Sequence record: SRR20825010_784
DNA: 45,084 nt
Strand: one strand, 5' to 3'
The translations under genes and the position numbers were made by a program. The notes beneath the pieces were generated by a model. It saw only the letters and a program-made list of their open reading frames with translations. It ran no database searches and had not been told where the DNA came from. Shown one piece after another: positions 19,641-29,510 of the stretch (its first letter is position 1; each line of letters begins with the position of its first letter).

Positions 19641-20582
19641 TTACATCAAATAGCTTCGCGACACTTCAGCACCCAGCGCATTGTTCTGGTCGACAAACTC
19701 TTCCAGAAAATCATGCAGGCCCTGACGGAAGACATCTTCCACCTTGCCGAAACTTAGCTGGGAATAGCGCCGCCCTGCCATCCGGTGACTTTCATGACGT
19801 TGCCCGTATTCACCGGCCAAAGCGTCAAGACAATCCTTCACCTTTGCCGTGCAGGCCACGAGAGAGCGCGGCATCTCCTCACGCATGATCAAGAACTCCG
19901 CCACGTACCATGGCTTGATACCGTCCTTATAAAGAGCGTGATAGCTGCGATACCCTGATACCGCCCGCAAGATTGAAGCCCACTGATAATAGTCAAGACC
20001 ACCGCCCACTTTCGCGTGCTCCGGCAAAAGCACATGGTATTTCACATCCAGAATGCGCGCCGTATTGTCTCCGCGCTCGATGAATGTACCCAGCTGCATA
20101 AAATGAAAACTATCGCGCCTCAGCATGGTGGCAACAGTACTGCCATGAAACATCAGCGTCCGTTCTTTTACCCAATCAAGAAACCCGTGCAGACCGCCTC
20201 CACGTAACCTGCTTTCTTTCATTCGCGACATCTCGATCCATGTAGCATTTAGACATTCCCACTGCTCCGACGTGAGTGCCGTGCGCACAGAGCGCGCATT
20301 GCGACGTGCGGAATCGATACAGCTACGGATCGAGGATGGGTTATCAGGATCGAATGCGAGATAGGAAATCACATGCTCAGGTGTCGCTTCGTCATACTTG
20401 GCGTAATAGCCATCTTCGCAGTCGGAAACTACAATCGTCGAGTGCCATTCGTTACCACCCGAGTCCGACATAGTCGGCATAAGCGAGAGCCGATCCGTGA
20501 CCCGCAAGATGCGCGAAAGGTTCTCCGCACGTTCCAAATAGCGAGCGATCCAGTAAAGACTATCTGCTGTGCGGCTCAACAT
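19641..20582 (-). CDS. Alpha-E domain protein (DUF403)
   Basis: MLSRTADSLYWIARYLERAEN and second ER motif LGTFIERGDNTARILDVKY; start taken at MLSR (20582). Confidence 0.93.
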   Translation of the reverse strand: MLSRTADSLYWIARYLERAENLSRILRVTDRLSLMPTMSDSGGNEWHSTIVVSDCEDGYYAKYDEATPEHVISYLAFDPDNPSSIRSCIDSARRNARSVRTALTSEQWECLNATWIEMSRMKESRLRGGGLHGFLDWVKERTLMFHGSTVATMLRRDSFHFMQLGTFIERGDNTARILDVKYHVLLPEHAKVGGGLDYYQWASILRAVSGYRSYHALYKDGIKPWYVAEFLIMREEMPRSLVACTAKVKDCLDALAGEYGQRHESHRMAGRRYSQLSFGKVEDVFRQGLHDFLEEFVDQNNALGAEVSRSYLM

Positions 20583-20593
20583 GATGTAAAATT

Positions 20594-22036
20594 CTACTCC
20601 TTCAAAACCCAAGTATCTTTTGTCCCGCCACCTTGGGATGAATTAACAACTAGCGATCCCTCGGTCAGCGCCACACGCGTCAATCCACCAGGAACCACAC
20701 GAATATCGCTGCCTGCCAAAACAAACGGGCGCAGGTCCACATGGCGCGGCGCTATGCCTTCATTCACAAATGTCGGACAGGTCGAAAGGGCAAGTGTTGG
20801 TTGCGCAATATATTTATCCGGCGACTTCTTGATAAGATTGGCAAATACCTCACGCTGCGCCTTAGTAGATTTTGGTCCGATCAGCATGCCGTAACCGCCC
20901 GAACCATGCGTCTCTTTCACTACCAATTCGTCGAGACGCTCCAGTACATATTTGCAATCGGAGGCATCGGCACAACGGAAAGTCGGCACATTATTCAGGA
21001 TCGGTTTTTCTCCGAGATAGAACTCCACCATATCAGGCACATATGTGTAGGTCGATTTATCGTCGGCAATGCCGGCGCCAACAGCGTTGGCAAGATTCAC
21101 GTTACCAGCACGATAGGCGTTCATCAGACCAGCAACACCCAGAGCGGTATCCGCACGAAAGGCAAGTGGGTCCAGAAAATCATCGTCAACACGTCGATAA
21201 ATCACATCGACTCGGCGCGGACCCTGTGTCGTGCGCATATAGACGATGTCATCTTTCACATAAAGGTCCGGTCCTTCGACCAGTTCCACCCCCATCTGGT
21301 CAGCCAAAAATGAATGCTCATAATAGGCGCTGTTATAGATACCCGGCGTCATCACAACGACCGTTGGTTCATGGTCGCAATGACGCGGAGGGACAGATGA
21401 CAATGTCGCCAACAACTCGTCACAATAATGATCTACGGGCGCAACGGCATGACGTGAGAAAAGATCAGGAAAAAGCCGCATCGTGATTTCACGATTTTCC
21501 AGCATGTAAGAAACGCCGGACGGTGTGCGTACATTGTCTTCCAACACATAGAACTCATCCGCTCCCACGCGCACCATATCGATGCCGGAAATATGCGTAT
21601 AGATGCCGTTCGGCACAGCAACGCCTTGCATCTGATGGCGGTACGTTTCGTTCAGTATGATCTGGTCTATCGGAATGATACCGGCGCGGACAATTTCCTG
21701 CGCTCCATAAACATCACCGATAAAAGCATTGAGCGCCCTTACGCGCTGGGTGAGACCCGCTGTGATGTGCTCCCATTCCTTGGCTTCAAGAATCCGCGGA
21801 ATGATATCGAAGGGGATAATGCGCTCAGGATCACCACCTTCACCATAGACGGCAAATGTAATACCAATACGCCGGAAAAACGTTTCGGCTTCTTCGCGCC
21901 GAAGAGAAAGAATGTCGGCAGGAGTTTCCTTGAGCCAGTCGCGCAAACCACGATAGGCGAGGCGCACATCCTGGTCACCAGAACCCATCTCGTCAAAGAT
22001 GCCATCTACACCTGTCCCATAACTCACTTCCGGCAT
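20594..22036 (-). CDS. Circularly permuted type 2 ATP-grasp protein
   Basis: IPFDIIPR, VLEDNVRTPSGVSY, NSAYYEHSFLA, YRRVDDDFLDP, GSGGYGM, PGGLTRVAL, VNSSQGGGTKDTWV; GGAG SD favours a start at 22036 (track start 22048). Confidence 0.95.
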   Translation of the reverse strand: MPEVSYGTGVDGIFDEMGSGDQDVRLAYRGLRDWLKETPADILSLRREEAETFFRRIGITFAVYGEGGDPERIIPFDIIPRILEAKEWEHITAGLTQRVRALNAFIGDVYGAQEIVRAGIIPIDQIILNETYRHQMQGVAVPNGIYTHISGIDMVRVGADEFYVLEDNVRTPSGVSYMLENREITMRLFPDLFSRHAVAPVDHYCDELLATLSSVPPRHCDHEPTVVVMTPGIYNSAYYEHSFLADQMGVELVEGPDLYVKDDIVYMRTTQGPRRVDVIYRRVDDDFLDPLAFRADTALGVAGLMNAYRAGNVNLANAVGAGIADDKSTYTYVPDMVEFYLGEKPILNNVPTFRCADASDCKYVLERLDELVVKETHGSGGYGMLIGPKSTKAQREVFANLIKKSPDKYIAQPTLALSTCPTFVNEGIAPRHVDLRPFVLAGSDIRVVPGGLTRVALTEGSLVVNSSQGGGTKDTWVLKE

Positions 22037-22090
22037 CGCAACTCCCATACACCTGCGGACCAGTCGTCCACATATTCAGCATGAGACAGG

Positions 22091-22106
22091 AGCAAGAGCG
22101 AAGCCA
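22091..22106 (-). promoter_or_regulatory. Sigma-54 -24/-12 promoter of the ATP-grasp/Anbu operon
   Basis: Minus strand TGGCTTCGCTCTTGCT (GG-N10-GC), ~55 nt upstream of the start. Confidence 0.75.
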
Positions 22107-22153
22107 GAAATTTGTAGGAAAACGCCCTAAAAACAGGGGTTTTTTTGAGCTTT

Positions 22154-22212
22154 TGCTATATATTTAGGCACATGCCCCATAAGAGGCTGGTAAGTTGCAC
22201 AGTCATCGCGCA
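22154..22212. promoter_or_regulatory. Two NtrC-like sites
   Basis: TGCTATATATTTAGGCA (22154-22170) and TGCACAGTCATCGCGCA (22196-22212), both TGC-N11-GCA. Confidence 0.6.
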
Positions 22213-22245
22213 ACCCGGTTCAGACAAAATTCCGTATATGAAGTT

Positions 22246-23400
22246 TCAGGCAGAGAGAGCGGCAGGTTCGTCAACGCGCCAATGCGGCAGAAGCACCCTG
22301 ATGGTCGTTCCCACTCCTAGAGTGCTTTCCAAGACAAGCTCACCACCATGCATCTCGACAAGAGATTTGGTGAGCGTCAGACCAAGTCCAGTGCCATCAT
22401 AGCGCCGTGCAAGTGACGCATCGATCTGCTGAAATGGCAAAATCGCTTTAGCGAGATTATCCTCGCTCATGCCGATACCAGTGTCACTGACACAAAAAAA
22501 GAAATCTCCGTTGCTCTCTCGTCCGGTATGCAGAGTGACTGAGCCCTCTGGTGTAAACTTCACTGCGTTGGACAACAGATTGAGCAGTATCTGTTTGAGC
22601 CGAACCGGATCTGCATTGAGCGTGATATCTTCGAGTGGCGTTACAAAATTCAGTAAGAGACCGGTTTCATACGCGCCCTCGGTAAAATATCGCTCGCACG
22701 CTGCAATAATACCCAGAACGTCAACAGGCTGCTCTTCAAGAGAGAGGTGCCCCGCCTCGATCTTTGTCAAATCCAAAATGTCATTGATAACGGCGAGCAA
22801 ATGTTGGCCACTGTCTAAAATGTCGTTTGCATATTCGCTGTAGCGCGCATCACCCAACGGCCCAAGCAACTCATCGCGCAGGATTTCTGAAAAACCCAAA
22901 ATAGCATTAAGCGGAGTACGGAGCTCGTGGCTCATATTCGCAAGAAATGCGGATTTCGCTTTGTTCGCAGCTTCGGCTTGTTCTTTGGCAAGTTGCAGAT
23001 CACGCTCTGCATTCTTGCGCACTGTGATGTCTTCTACCGTACCTTCGAAGTAAATGAACTCGCCGGCGGCATTCCGCACTTCACGACCGCTTTCTGAAAT
23101 CCAGATAATCTTGCCGTCGAGACGATAGACCTGCGATTCAAATCCAGACACATGACCGTCTTCGCGCATCATCCGCACAAAGTCATCTCGACGTCTTGGA
23201 TCGACATATAACTGCCGACCGATATCGGTCAGCGCAGAAAGCATCGCGTCACGCGAAGGATAGCCATAGATTTCCGCAAGCGCCGGATTGGCAGCCAGAT
23301 AGTGCCCATTTTCGGTGGTCTGGAAAATGCCCCAAATGGCATTCTCAAACATCCCCCGATAAAGGTCGGCTTCCTCACCTTCGATTTGAATCGCCGCCAT
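22246..23400 (-). CDS. Cytoplasmic PAS-domain sensor histidine kinase
   Basis: PAS/PAC, H-box AKSAFLANMSHELRTPLNAILGF, N-box NLLSNAVKFT, DTGIGM, GTGLGL; no TM segment. Confidence 0.94.
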   Translation of the reverse strand: MAAIQIEGEEADLYRGMFENAIWGIFQTTENGHYLAANPALAEIYGYPSRDAMLSALTDIGRQLYVDPRRRDDFVRMMREDGHVSGFESQVYRLDGKIIWISESGREVRNAAGEFIYFEGTVEDITVRKNAERDLQLAKEQAEAANKAKSAFLANMSHELRTPLNAILGFSEILRDELLGPLGDARYSEYANDILDSGQHLLAVINDILDLTKIEAGHLSLEEQPVDVLGIIAACERYFTEGAYETGLLLNFVTPLEDITLNADPVRLKQILLNLLSNAVKFTPEGSVTLHTGRESNGDFFFCVSDTGIGMSEDNLAKAILPFQQIDASLARRYDGTGLGLTLTKSLVEMHGGELVLESTLGVGTTIRVLLPHWRVDEPAALSA

Positions 23401-23842
23401 ATCGCCCGCCTGAAAACAATCGCCTTACCGAAACAGCCCCCCGGCCCGGCACCTTCAGCAGACAAGCTACAGCGATTTCCTTTCACATTTATAAAGCCAA
23501 GCCATTGATTTTGCTGCAAAAAAATTGTGCAAACGATACTCAAAAGAGCATCTGAACTGAGGTTTAATTTCTTGTTCAGTATTAGGAAACCACCAAATAA
23601 ACGCCCGGCCAGCTCGATGCCACCAGGCAGGGCACTACCAAGCGGGATACACAATCGGTCGGCTCATAGAACCATGCGTAATGTGCATTTCTCGCGTTCG
23701 CCTTTCACAATTTTCCCGCGAGCGCCAAGCCAACCCTACGTCATCGGCGACAGAGTGGCAGCCAGGCAAAGCTTTGCGCTATATCTGGCTCACAATTTCG
23801 CGCCCGCCAAAGATGCGCACAAGAAAAGACGAGGACCACCCC

Positions 23843-25063
23843 ATGAGCGCAAGCAACGCCACTCCAAGCCCTAAAGAGCTTGAAGATTTCCGGCAGGAAA
23901 TTACCGCATGGATATCGGCCAACAAGCCTGCCGATCCCGGCTTTCTCCTGCCCCAGTCCTTCATGGAAGTCGGCACGGATGATCAGTTCTATTTTCTACG
24001 CGACTGGCAAAAGAAAGTTTATGAAGCCGGCTATCTCGGCATGGCATGGCCCAAGGAATATGGCGGTGGCGGCAAGCCACAGGCTCTGCAAGACATTGTA
24101 ACGCGCGAAATGGTGCGCCAGCAGACACCCTTCATGACCAACACGATCGGTCTCAACTGGGCCGGCCCACTGATCCTGAACATGGGTACCGAGGAACAGA
24201 AAAAGGCCTACATTCCAGGTATCCTTTCGGGCGACGACATCTGGTGTCAGGGCTTTTCAGAACCTGACCACGGCTCTGATCTCGGCAACGCCCAGTTGAA
24301 AGCCACCCGTGATGGAAACGAATTTGTCCTGAATGGCTCAAAGATTTGGACCAGCCTCGGACGCCACGCCAAATACATGATCCTTCTGGCGCGGACCAAT
24401 CCAAACACCAATAACAAGTATGAAGGCCTGAGCTTTTTCCTAATACCAATGCAGGTTCCCGGCATCGAAGTTGTTCCGATCAAAAAACTGACCGGCGAAT
24501 TCGGCTTCAATCAGACTTTCTTCACCGATGCGCGCATTTCTGAAAGCTGCCTCATTGGCAAAGAGGGCGGCGGCTGGGCCGTTGCAATGGCAACGCTTGC
24601 CTTTGAGCGTGGCGCGGTCGGCGGGCAGGCAGGCGGGCACTCGATGAACAGCAAGCACGTCTCCGAAGTCGTAACACTTGCCAAAACAGCAAAGCGCAAT
24701 GGCAAGCCCGCTATCGAGGATCCGGTCATCCGCGACCGCCTGGTTCAGCTCATCATGGAAGAACGGGCGCAGACACTGAACGGATCGCGCGCGCGCATCA
24801 AACCGCTGAATGCAGACCGCCCTGGCTCTATCGCTATGTCTGGCAAGTTGGTCGGCAGCGAATACCAGCGCCGCCTCAACCAGTTCGCCCTGACGCTTCA
24901 AGGTGCAAACGCCGCTTATTATGTCGGCGACCCACAAGCCTATGACGCGGGCCTGTGGCAGCGTTCCTACTTCAATGCGTTCTCCGCTACCATTGGCGGC
25001 GGTACAAGTGAAGTGCAGCACAACATCATCGGCGAGCGCGTGCTCGGCCTCCCCAAAAGCTAA
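23843..25063 (+). CDS. Acyl-CoA dehydrogenase (large subunit of a probable heteromeric pair)
   Basis: WPKEYGGGG, WCQGFSEPDHGSDL, NGSKIWTS, TLAFERG, TIGGGTSEVQHNIIGERVLGLP; GAGG SD before ATG at 23843. Confidence 0.93.
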   Translation: MSASNATPSPKELEDFRQEITAWISANKPADPGFLLPQSFMEVGTDDQFYFLRDWQKKVYEAGYLGMAWPKEYGGGGKPQALQDIVTREMVRQQTPFMTNTIGLNWAGPLILNMGTEEQKKAYIPGILSGDDIWCQGFSEPDHGSDLGNAQLKATRDGNEFVLNGSKIWTSLGRHAKYMILLARTNPNTNNKYEGLSFFLIPMQVPGIEVVPIKKLTGEFGFNQTFFTDARISESCLIGKEGGGWAVAMATLAFERGAVGGQAGGHSMNSKHVSEVVTLAKTAKRNGKPAIEDPVIRDRLVQLIMEERAQTLNGSRARIKPLNADRPGSIAMSGKLVGSEYQRRLNQFALTLQGANAAYYVGDPQAYDAGLWQRSYFNAFSATIGGGTSEVQHNIIGERVLGLPKS

Positions 25064-25077
25064 GCCGGATACGCATC

Positions 25078-26211
25078 ATGTTAGATACAAATAAAAAACC
25101 GACCATCCTTTTCAGCGACGAGCAGGAACAACTACTCGAAGTTGCAACAAATTTTTGCCGCGATAAATTCCCTATCAGCGAAACGCGCAAGCGAATTGAA
25201 GCAACAGAGGATTTTGATCGAAATCTCTGGAACGAAATGGTCTCTCTGGGCTGGCTTGGCATTGCCGTTCCCGAAGAATTCGGTGGTAGCGGCCTCGGCC
25301 TTGCCGAAGTCGTCACAGTTGTCGAGCCCATGGGCCAGTATCTGGTCGGGATGCCGCTCGTCTCCACCACACTTACCGCACAAGCTCTTTTGATGGCAGG
25401 CACCGGCGCACAAAAGAATGAATGGCTACCAAAAATCTGCGAAGGCATGATTGGCAGTCTCGCACTGACCGAACCGAGCGGCGACTGGGGCCTTACCCGT
25501 CCCGATACAAGCGCCACACGCAACGGCGACATGCTAACCATCAAAGGCACCAAAACCTTTGTGACCGATGCAGCATCCGCCGATCTGGTGATTGCCTCTG
25601 TTTCTCTGGATGGCAAACCCTCTCTTGTTCTTCTCGACAAGAACGCACTTGAGAAAGTTAAAATCACACGCGAAATTGTGATCGACGAGACGCGTCGCTC
25701 CTACCGCCTTGAACTTGACGGGATAAGCATTCCATCTACACATCTGCTCGATCCGGCTCAAGCTGTAGCCACACTTACCCATCTAGAACAAGCAGCATGC
25801 CTATTACTTTCGGCAGAGGCCTGTGGCGGTGCCAATGGCGTCATTGATGTTGTGGTGGACTATCTCAAAACACGAAAGCAGTTTGAACGCTATATCGGGT
25901 CCTATCAGGCACTGAAGCATCCGACCGTCGATGCACTGCTTGCGATGGAAGCGGCCCGTTCACATCTCTACTACGCTGCCACTGTTTTCGGGCAGGGTGT
26001 CGAGGGTGAGATCGCGGTACGCATGGCCAAAGCGCAATCCAGCGATGCGATTGCCTATGCATCAGACCGCGCAATCCAGTTTCATGGCGGCTTCGGCTTC
26101 ACCTATGATTGCGATGCGCAGCTTTATCGTCGTCGCGGCATCTGGTGCGAGGCGCAGTTCGGAGACGCAGCACATCACCGCACACAGCTTGCTGAATTGT
26201 TGCTGGCATAG
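25078..26211 (+). CDS. Acyl-CoA dehydrogenase (short partner subunit)
   Basis: FSDEQEQL, VPEEFGGSGLG, YLKTRKQFERYIGSYQALKH, IQFHGGFGFT; 14 nt downstream of the first ACAD. Confidence 0.93.
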   Translation: MLDTNKKPTILFSDEQEQLLEVATNFCRDKFPISETRKRIEATEDFDRNLWNEMVSLGWLGIAVPEEFGGSGLGLAEVVTVVEPMGQYLVGMPLVSTTLTAQALLMAGTGAQKNEWLPKICEGMIGSLALTEPSGDWGLTRPDTSATRNGDMLTIKGTKTFVTDAASADLVIASVSLDGKPSLVLLDKNALEKVKITREIVIDETRRSYRLELDGISIPSTHLLDPAQAVATLTHLEQAACLLLSAEACGGANGVIDVVVDYLKTRKQFERYIGSYQALKHPTVDALLAMEAARSHLYYAATVFGQGVEGEIAVRMAKAQSSDAIAYASDRAIQFHGGFGFTYDCDAQLYRRRGIWCEAQFGDAAHHRTQLAELLLA

Positions 26212-26234
26212 AACAATAGCAATATCGAGATACC

Positions 26235-26266
26235 GGCCCCGTTCCCGCGAGGAGCGGGGCCATTTT
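26235..26266 (+). terminator. Rho-independent terminator after the ACAD pair
   Basis: GGCCCCGTTCC-CGCGA-GGAGCGGGGCC then ATTTTT. Confidence 0.75.
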
Positions 26267-27033
26267 TATACCTGCTCGAATAGATGTTGAAACCCACATT
26301 CCCGCACAACCGTCGGTACATCCTCCACCATCTCCCGCAATGCGGCCTCATCGCAAATCGCTATTTTTTGTGGGGTCAGCACAGCTATCACATCTTCCCG
26401 TTTCAACTCGCCCAGAATGCGCGAAACGGTTTCAGCCGTCAGACCCAAGTGATCTGCAATATCGCTCCTTGGCATCGGCAACTCAAAAACGGGCATAAGT
26501 GCACCACCACGCCCCAAACGGTCTGTCATCGAGGCCAAAAACCAAGCCATGCGCTGGCGTACCGAAGCACGCCCGAGCATGATCAGTAATTCCCGTGCAT
26601 TACGCAATTCACGGCGCGTATGACCAAGCAGCCTGTGCGCAAGACAACTGCCGCTGATATCCAATCGCCCTAGATCCGCATGGGAGACTAGCATTAATTG
26701 CGTATCGCCAATGGCCTCTGCATCATCCAGATAGACCCCGCTATCGCCGAGCGCAAAAACATCCCCTGAAAAATAGAAACCCGTGACCTGCCGACGTCCA
26801 TCTGCCAACATCCGGCAACGACGCACAGCACCACCTTCAACACGAAAAAAATGTGTCGCGACCTCACCTTGTCTGAATATCGGCGCATGTCCCAAGACAT
26901 GTGCCTCCCGGCCGACGGAACGAAGAATGTCCTCGCCCTGCAGGCAGCGCATCCGATCTGGGTCGCGCGAGCTTTGACCTGCCGGACAGGAGTTAATGTT
27001 CAAAGTATGAGAAAATGTTTCTGCTGCTGACAT
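26266..27033 (-). CDS. fixK: FixK-like Crp/Fnr transcription factor
   Basis: cNMP-like domain (IFRQGE, LADGRRQVTGFYFSGD), HTH LPMPRSDIADHLGLTAETVSR; no clear FNR N-terminal Cys cluster; downstream of fixLJ. Start 27033 or 27054. Confidence 0.85.
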   Translation of the reverse strand: MSAAETFSHTLNINSCPAGQSSRDPDRMRCLQGEDILRSVGREAHVLGHAPIFRQGEVATHFFRVEGGAVRRCRMLADGRRQVTGFYFSGDVFALGDSGVYLDDAEAIGDTQLMLVSHADLGRLDISGSCLAHRLLGHTRRELRNARELLIMLGRASVRQRMAWFLASMTDRLGRGGALMPVFELPMPRSDIADHLGLTAETVSRILGELKREDVIAVLTPQKIAICDEAALREMVEDVPTVVRECGFQHLFEQV

Positions 27034-27113
27034 GGAACGGCAACCCTCAAACATCCCTCCTCATAACTGAGAAGAGTAGGATACATTTTCCTCGTTTAGC
27101 GACGTCAATTCAC

Positions 27114-27131
27114 TTAGGGAAAGCTACGTAG
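27114..27131 (-). promoter_or_regulatory. Putative FixJ binding site of the fixK promoter
   Basis: Minus strand CTACGTAGCTTTCCCTAA resembles the rhizobial fixK-promoter FixJ site (GTAGTTTCCC-like). Confidence 0.5.
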
Positions 27132-27160
27132 CGCCGGATTGTCGCGCTGCTCTAAAACAT

Positions 27161-27793
27161 TTATTTGCCATCACCACATTTGGGGACGACACCGGCTGCG
27201 AAAGCAATGCGCACCAGGTCCGGCAAACTGCCTGCCTGTGTTTTCTCCATCAAATGAGCGCGATGTATTTCAACCGTCCTTGGAGAAATCCCGAGCTCAA
27301 ATGCCACAAGTTTGTTTGGCATACCGCCTATGACATGTTCCAGCACTTCGCGTTCGCGGGGCGTTAAGCCCTTCACTAGCTCCGCTCGCGTCTCGCGCTC
27401 GCGCTCGATCTCATTGGTCTGACGGTGCAGTTCAAGGCCACGCTTTACACTGGCCAGAAGGGCGTCATCATCATATGGCTTCTCTATAAAATCGATGGCA
27501 CCGGCCTGCATAGCCCGCACGGCAAGCGGCACATCGCCATGCCCCGTCACAATGATCACCGGCAACTTACACCCCCGGCGCACGAGCTCACTTTGCAGCT
27601 CAAGCCCGTCCATATCAGGCATACGGACATCCGCAATCAGGCAGCCACCTTCATCATCAATGGAATCAAGAACGGCGTGAGCCGACGCAAATGCCCGCAC
27701 CCGATATCCAGCCGATAGCAAAAGCGCCCGCAACGAGTCTCTGACATCCTCGTCATCATCGACAATCAGAACTGGCTCATCATTCAAATTCAT
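27161..27793 (-). CDS. fixJ: Response regulator FixJ
   Basis: VLIVDDD, CLIADVRMPDMDGLEL, IVTGHGDVPLAVRAMQAGAIDFIEKP, LuxR HTH LTPREREVL..NKLVAFELGISPRTVEIHRA. Confidence 0.92.
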   Translation of the reverse strand: MNLNDEPVLIVDDDEDVRDSLRALLLSAGYRVRAFASAHAVLDSIDDEGGCLIADVRMPDMDGLELQSELVRRGCKLPVIIVTGHGDVPLAVRAMQAGAIDFIEKPYDDDALLASVKRGLELHRQTNEIERERETRAELVKGLTPREREVLEHVIGGMPNKLVAFELGISPRTVEIHRAHLMEKTQAGSLPDLVRIAFAAGVVPKCGDGK

Positions 27794-29333
27794 CGTCACT
27801 CTTCTCCCCATCTACCGGCAATAGGAAAGTAAATACGGTACCACCGTCATTGTTCGGCATCGCGAAAATCTGTCCTTTATGAGATTCGATGATCGATTTG
27901 CAAACAGAAAGTCCGATACCCATGCCTGTTTCTTTCGTCGTCGTGAAGGGTTCAAAGAGTTTCTCCACGACTTCGGGTGCCAGACCCGCCCCGCTATCTG
28001 CAATCTCTACACAAGCGAAACCATCCGGGTGAACAGATGTCGAGATCCGGAGTTCAGATCGAGGTCCACCCTCCATTGCTTCGATAGCATTGCGCACCAG
28101 ATTGACCACCACCTGCTGTATCTGAATTTTATCCATTGCAACAAGGCCAATGCCGTCATGTAGCGAAAGCGTCACGGTCACATTGGACACAGCTGCACCG
28201 ACCAGCGCCAGTCCCAAAGCCTCCTCAACAACCGAGTTAATATCTTCGGCATGCTGGGCACTATGTCCCTTGGCCAGAAAATCACGCAACCGTCGAATAA
28301 TCTGCCCTGCTCGTGCGGTCTGCTCTCCCGCTTTCATCAGCAATTCGAGCGCCAGCGCCTTGTCGTCAATCAGAGGATTTTCCAGAGTCCGTTTGGCTGC
28401 TTTTACATAGTTCATATTAGCTGCTAAAGGCTGGTTCAACTCATGCGCCAAAGCCGATGCCATCTGGCCCATAGCGGAAAGACGCGAGACATGCAGAAGT
28501 TCGGATTGCAATTCGCTCACGCGCCGCTCTGCCTGCTTACGTTCCGTCAGATCACGGATAAATCCAGTGAAGAGTCGTGTCTGGTCGACCACGATCTCTC
28601 CGACCGCTAGCTCCATTGGAAATGTCGTTCCGTCTGCGCGCCGTCCGGTCACTTCACGTCCCTGGCCGATCACGCGCTTCTCACCAGTGTCGAAGTACCG
28701 CTTCAGATATTCGTCATGTTCCTCGCGATAAGGCGACGGCATGAGGATGCTGACGTTCCGGCCAAAAACAAATTCCGCCTCGTATCCGAATAGTTTCTCG
28801 GCTGCCGAACTGAATGATTGGATCGCGCCACGCGCATCAATTGTAATAATCGCTTCAGGAATAGTTTCAAAAATGGAACTCAGCCGCGCCTCACGCTCGC
28901 GCAGCGCCTGCTCTGCTTCACGGCTTTCCGTTATGTCGTGAATAATGCCCACAAACATAGGTTCACCGTTGAAACTACCCTCACCCACTGAAAGGTACAT
29001 CGGGAAAGTTGTTCCATCTTTGCGGCGTCCGACAACCTCACGACCTATACCGATAATACGCTTTTCACCTGTTGTGGCGTAATGCGCCAGATATCCATCG
29101 TGCTGGTCAAAATAGGGAGCGGGCATAAGCATCTTGACGTTCTGCCCGACAACATCATTGGCATAGTAGCCAAACAAGCGCTCACAAGCTGGACTATAGA
29201 CCTGCACAGTGCCGGCTTTGTCGATGATGACGATCCCATCCACCGCTGTCGCCAGCAAGGCTTCAAGCCTCTCCCGGCTTTCATTCGGTTGGCCAGTGCT
29301 TGTCACAGCTTCAGCTTGTCCTTCACACGTCAC
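27780..29333 (-). CDS. fixL: Oxygen sensor histidine kinase FixL with two heme-PAS-type domains
   Basis: Two repeats of LMP.PY...HD.YL..Y..TGEKR.IG.GREV.GRR.DGTTFPM.L.VGE; H-box MGQMASALAHELNQPL; upstream of fixJ. Confidence 0.9.
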   Translation of the reverse strand: MTCEGQAEAVTSTGQPNESRERLEALLATAVDGIVIIDKAGTVQVYSPACERLFGYYANDVVGQNVKMLMPAPYFDQHDGYLAHYATTGEKRIIGIGREVVGRRKDGTTFPMYLSVGEGSFNGEPMFVGIIHDITESREAEQALREREARLSSIFETIPEAIITIDARGAIQSFSSAAEKLFGYEAEFVFGRNVSILMPSPYREEHDEYLKRYFDTGEKRVIGQGREVTGRRADGTTFPMELAVGEIVVDQTRLFTGFIRDLTERKQAERRVSELQSELLHVSRLSAMGQMASALAHELNQPLAANMNYVKAAKRTLENPLIDDKALALELLMKAGEQTARAGQIIRRLRDFLAKGHSAQHAEDINSVVEEALGLALVGAAVSNVTVTLSLHDGIGLVAMDKIQIQQVVVNLVRNAIEAMEGGPRSELRISTSVHPDGFACVEIADSGAGLAPEVVEKLFEPFTTTKETGMGIGLSVCKSIIESHKGQIFAMPNNDGGTVFTFLLPVDGEKSDDEFE

Positions 29334-29496
29334 GCGGTCACGCGACTATTCTCGTCACAAACATTGTCCTGATATCCTAGCATTTCAGCAATGCGGATAG
29401 GGCTATTTTACGGCAATTTTGTGCAGAAAATTTCGCAAAAGTCCTGCGTTTCCCTGCAACCTTCACCCCCTGAACATATGCACAGATTGACGCATC

Positions 29497-29510
29497 TTGA
29501 TCTGGATCAA
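29497..29510. promoter_or_regulatory. FNR/FixK box
   Basis: Perfect TTGAT-CTGG-ATCAA; possible -10 TACCGT at 29533-29538 fits a class II (-41.5) promoter firing rightwards. Confidence 0.85.

Noticed and set aside
23485-23504. Sigma-54 promoter for the PAS kinase
   Set aside because: Best match is GG-N10-GT, lacking the conserved -12 GC
26266-27054. FnrN-type Fe-S oxygen sensor
   Set aside because: Cysteines are scattered and lack the clustered N-terminal FNR motif; position after fixLJ fits FixK
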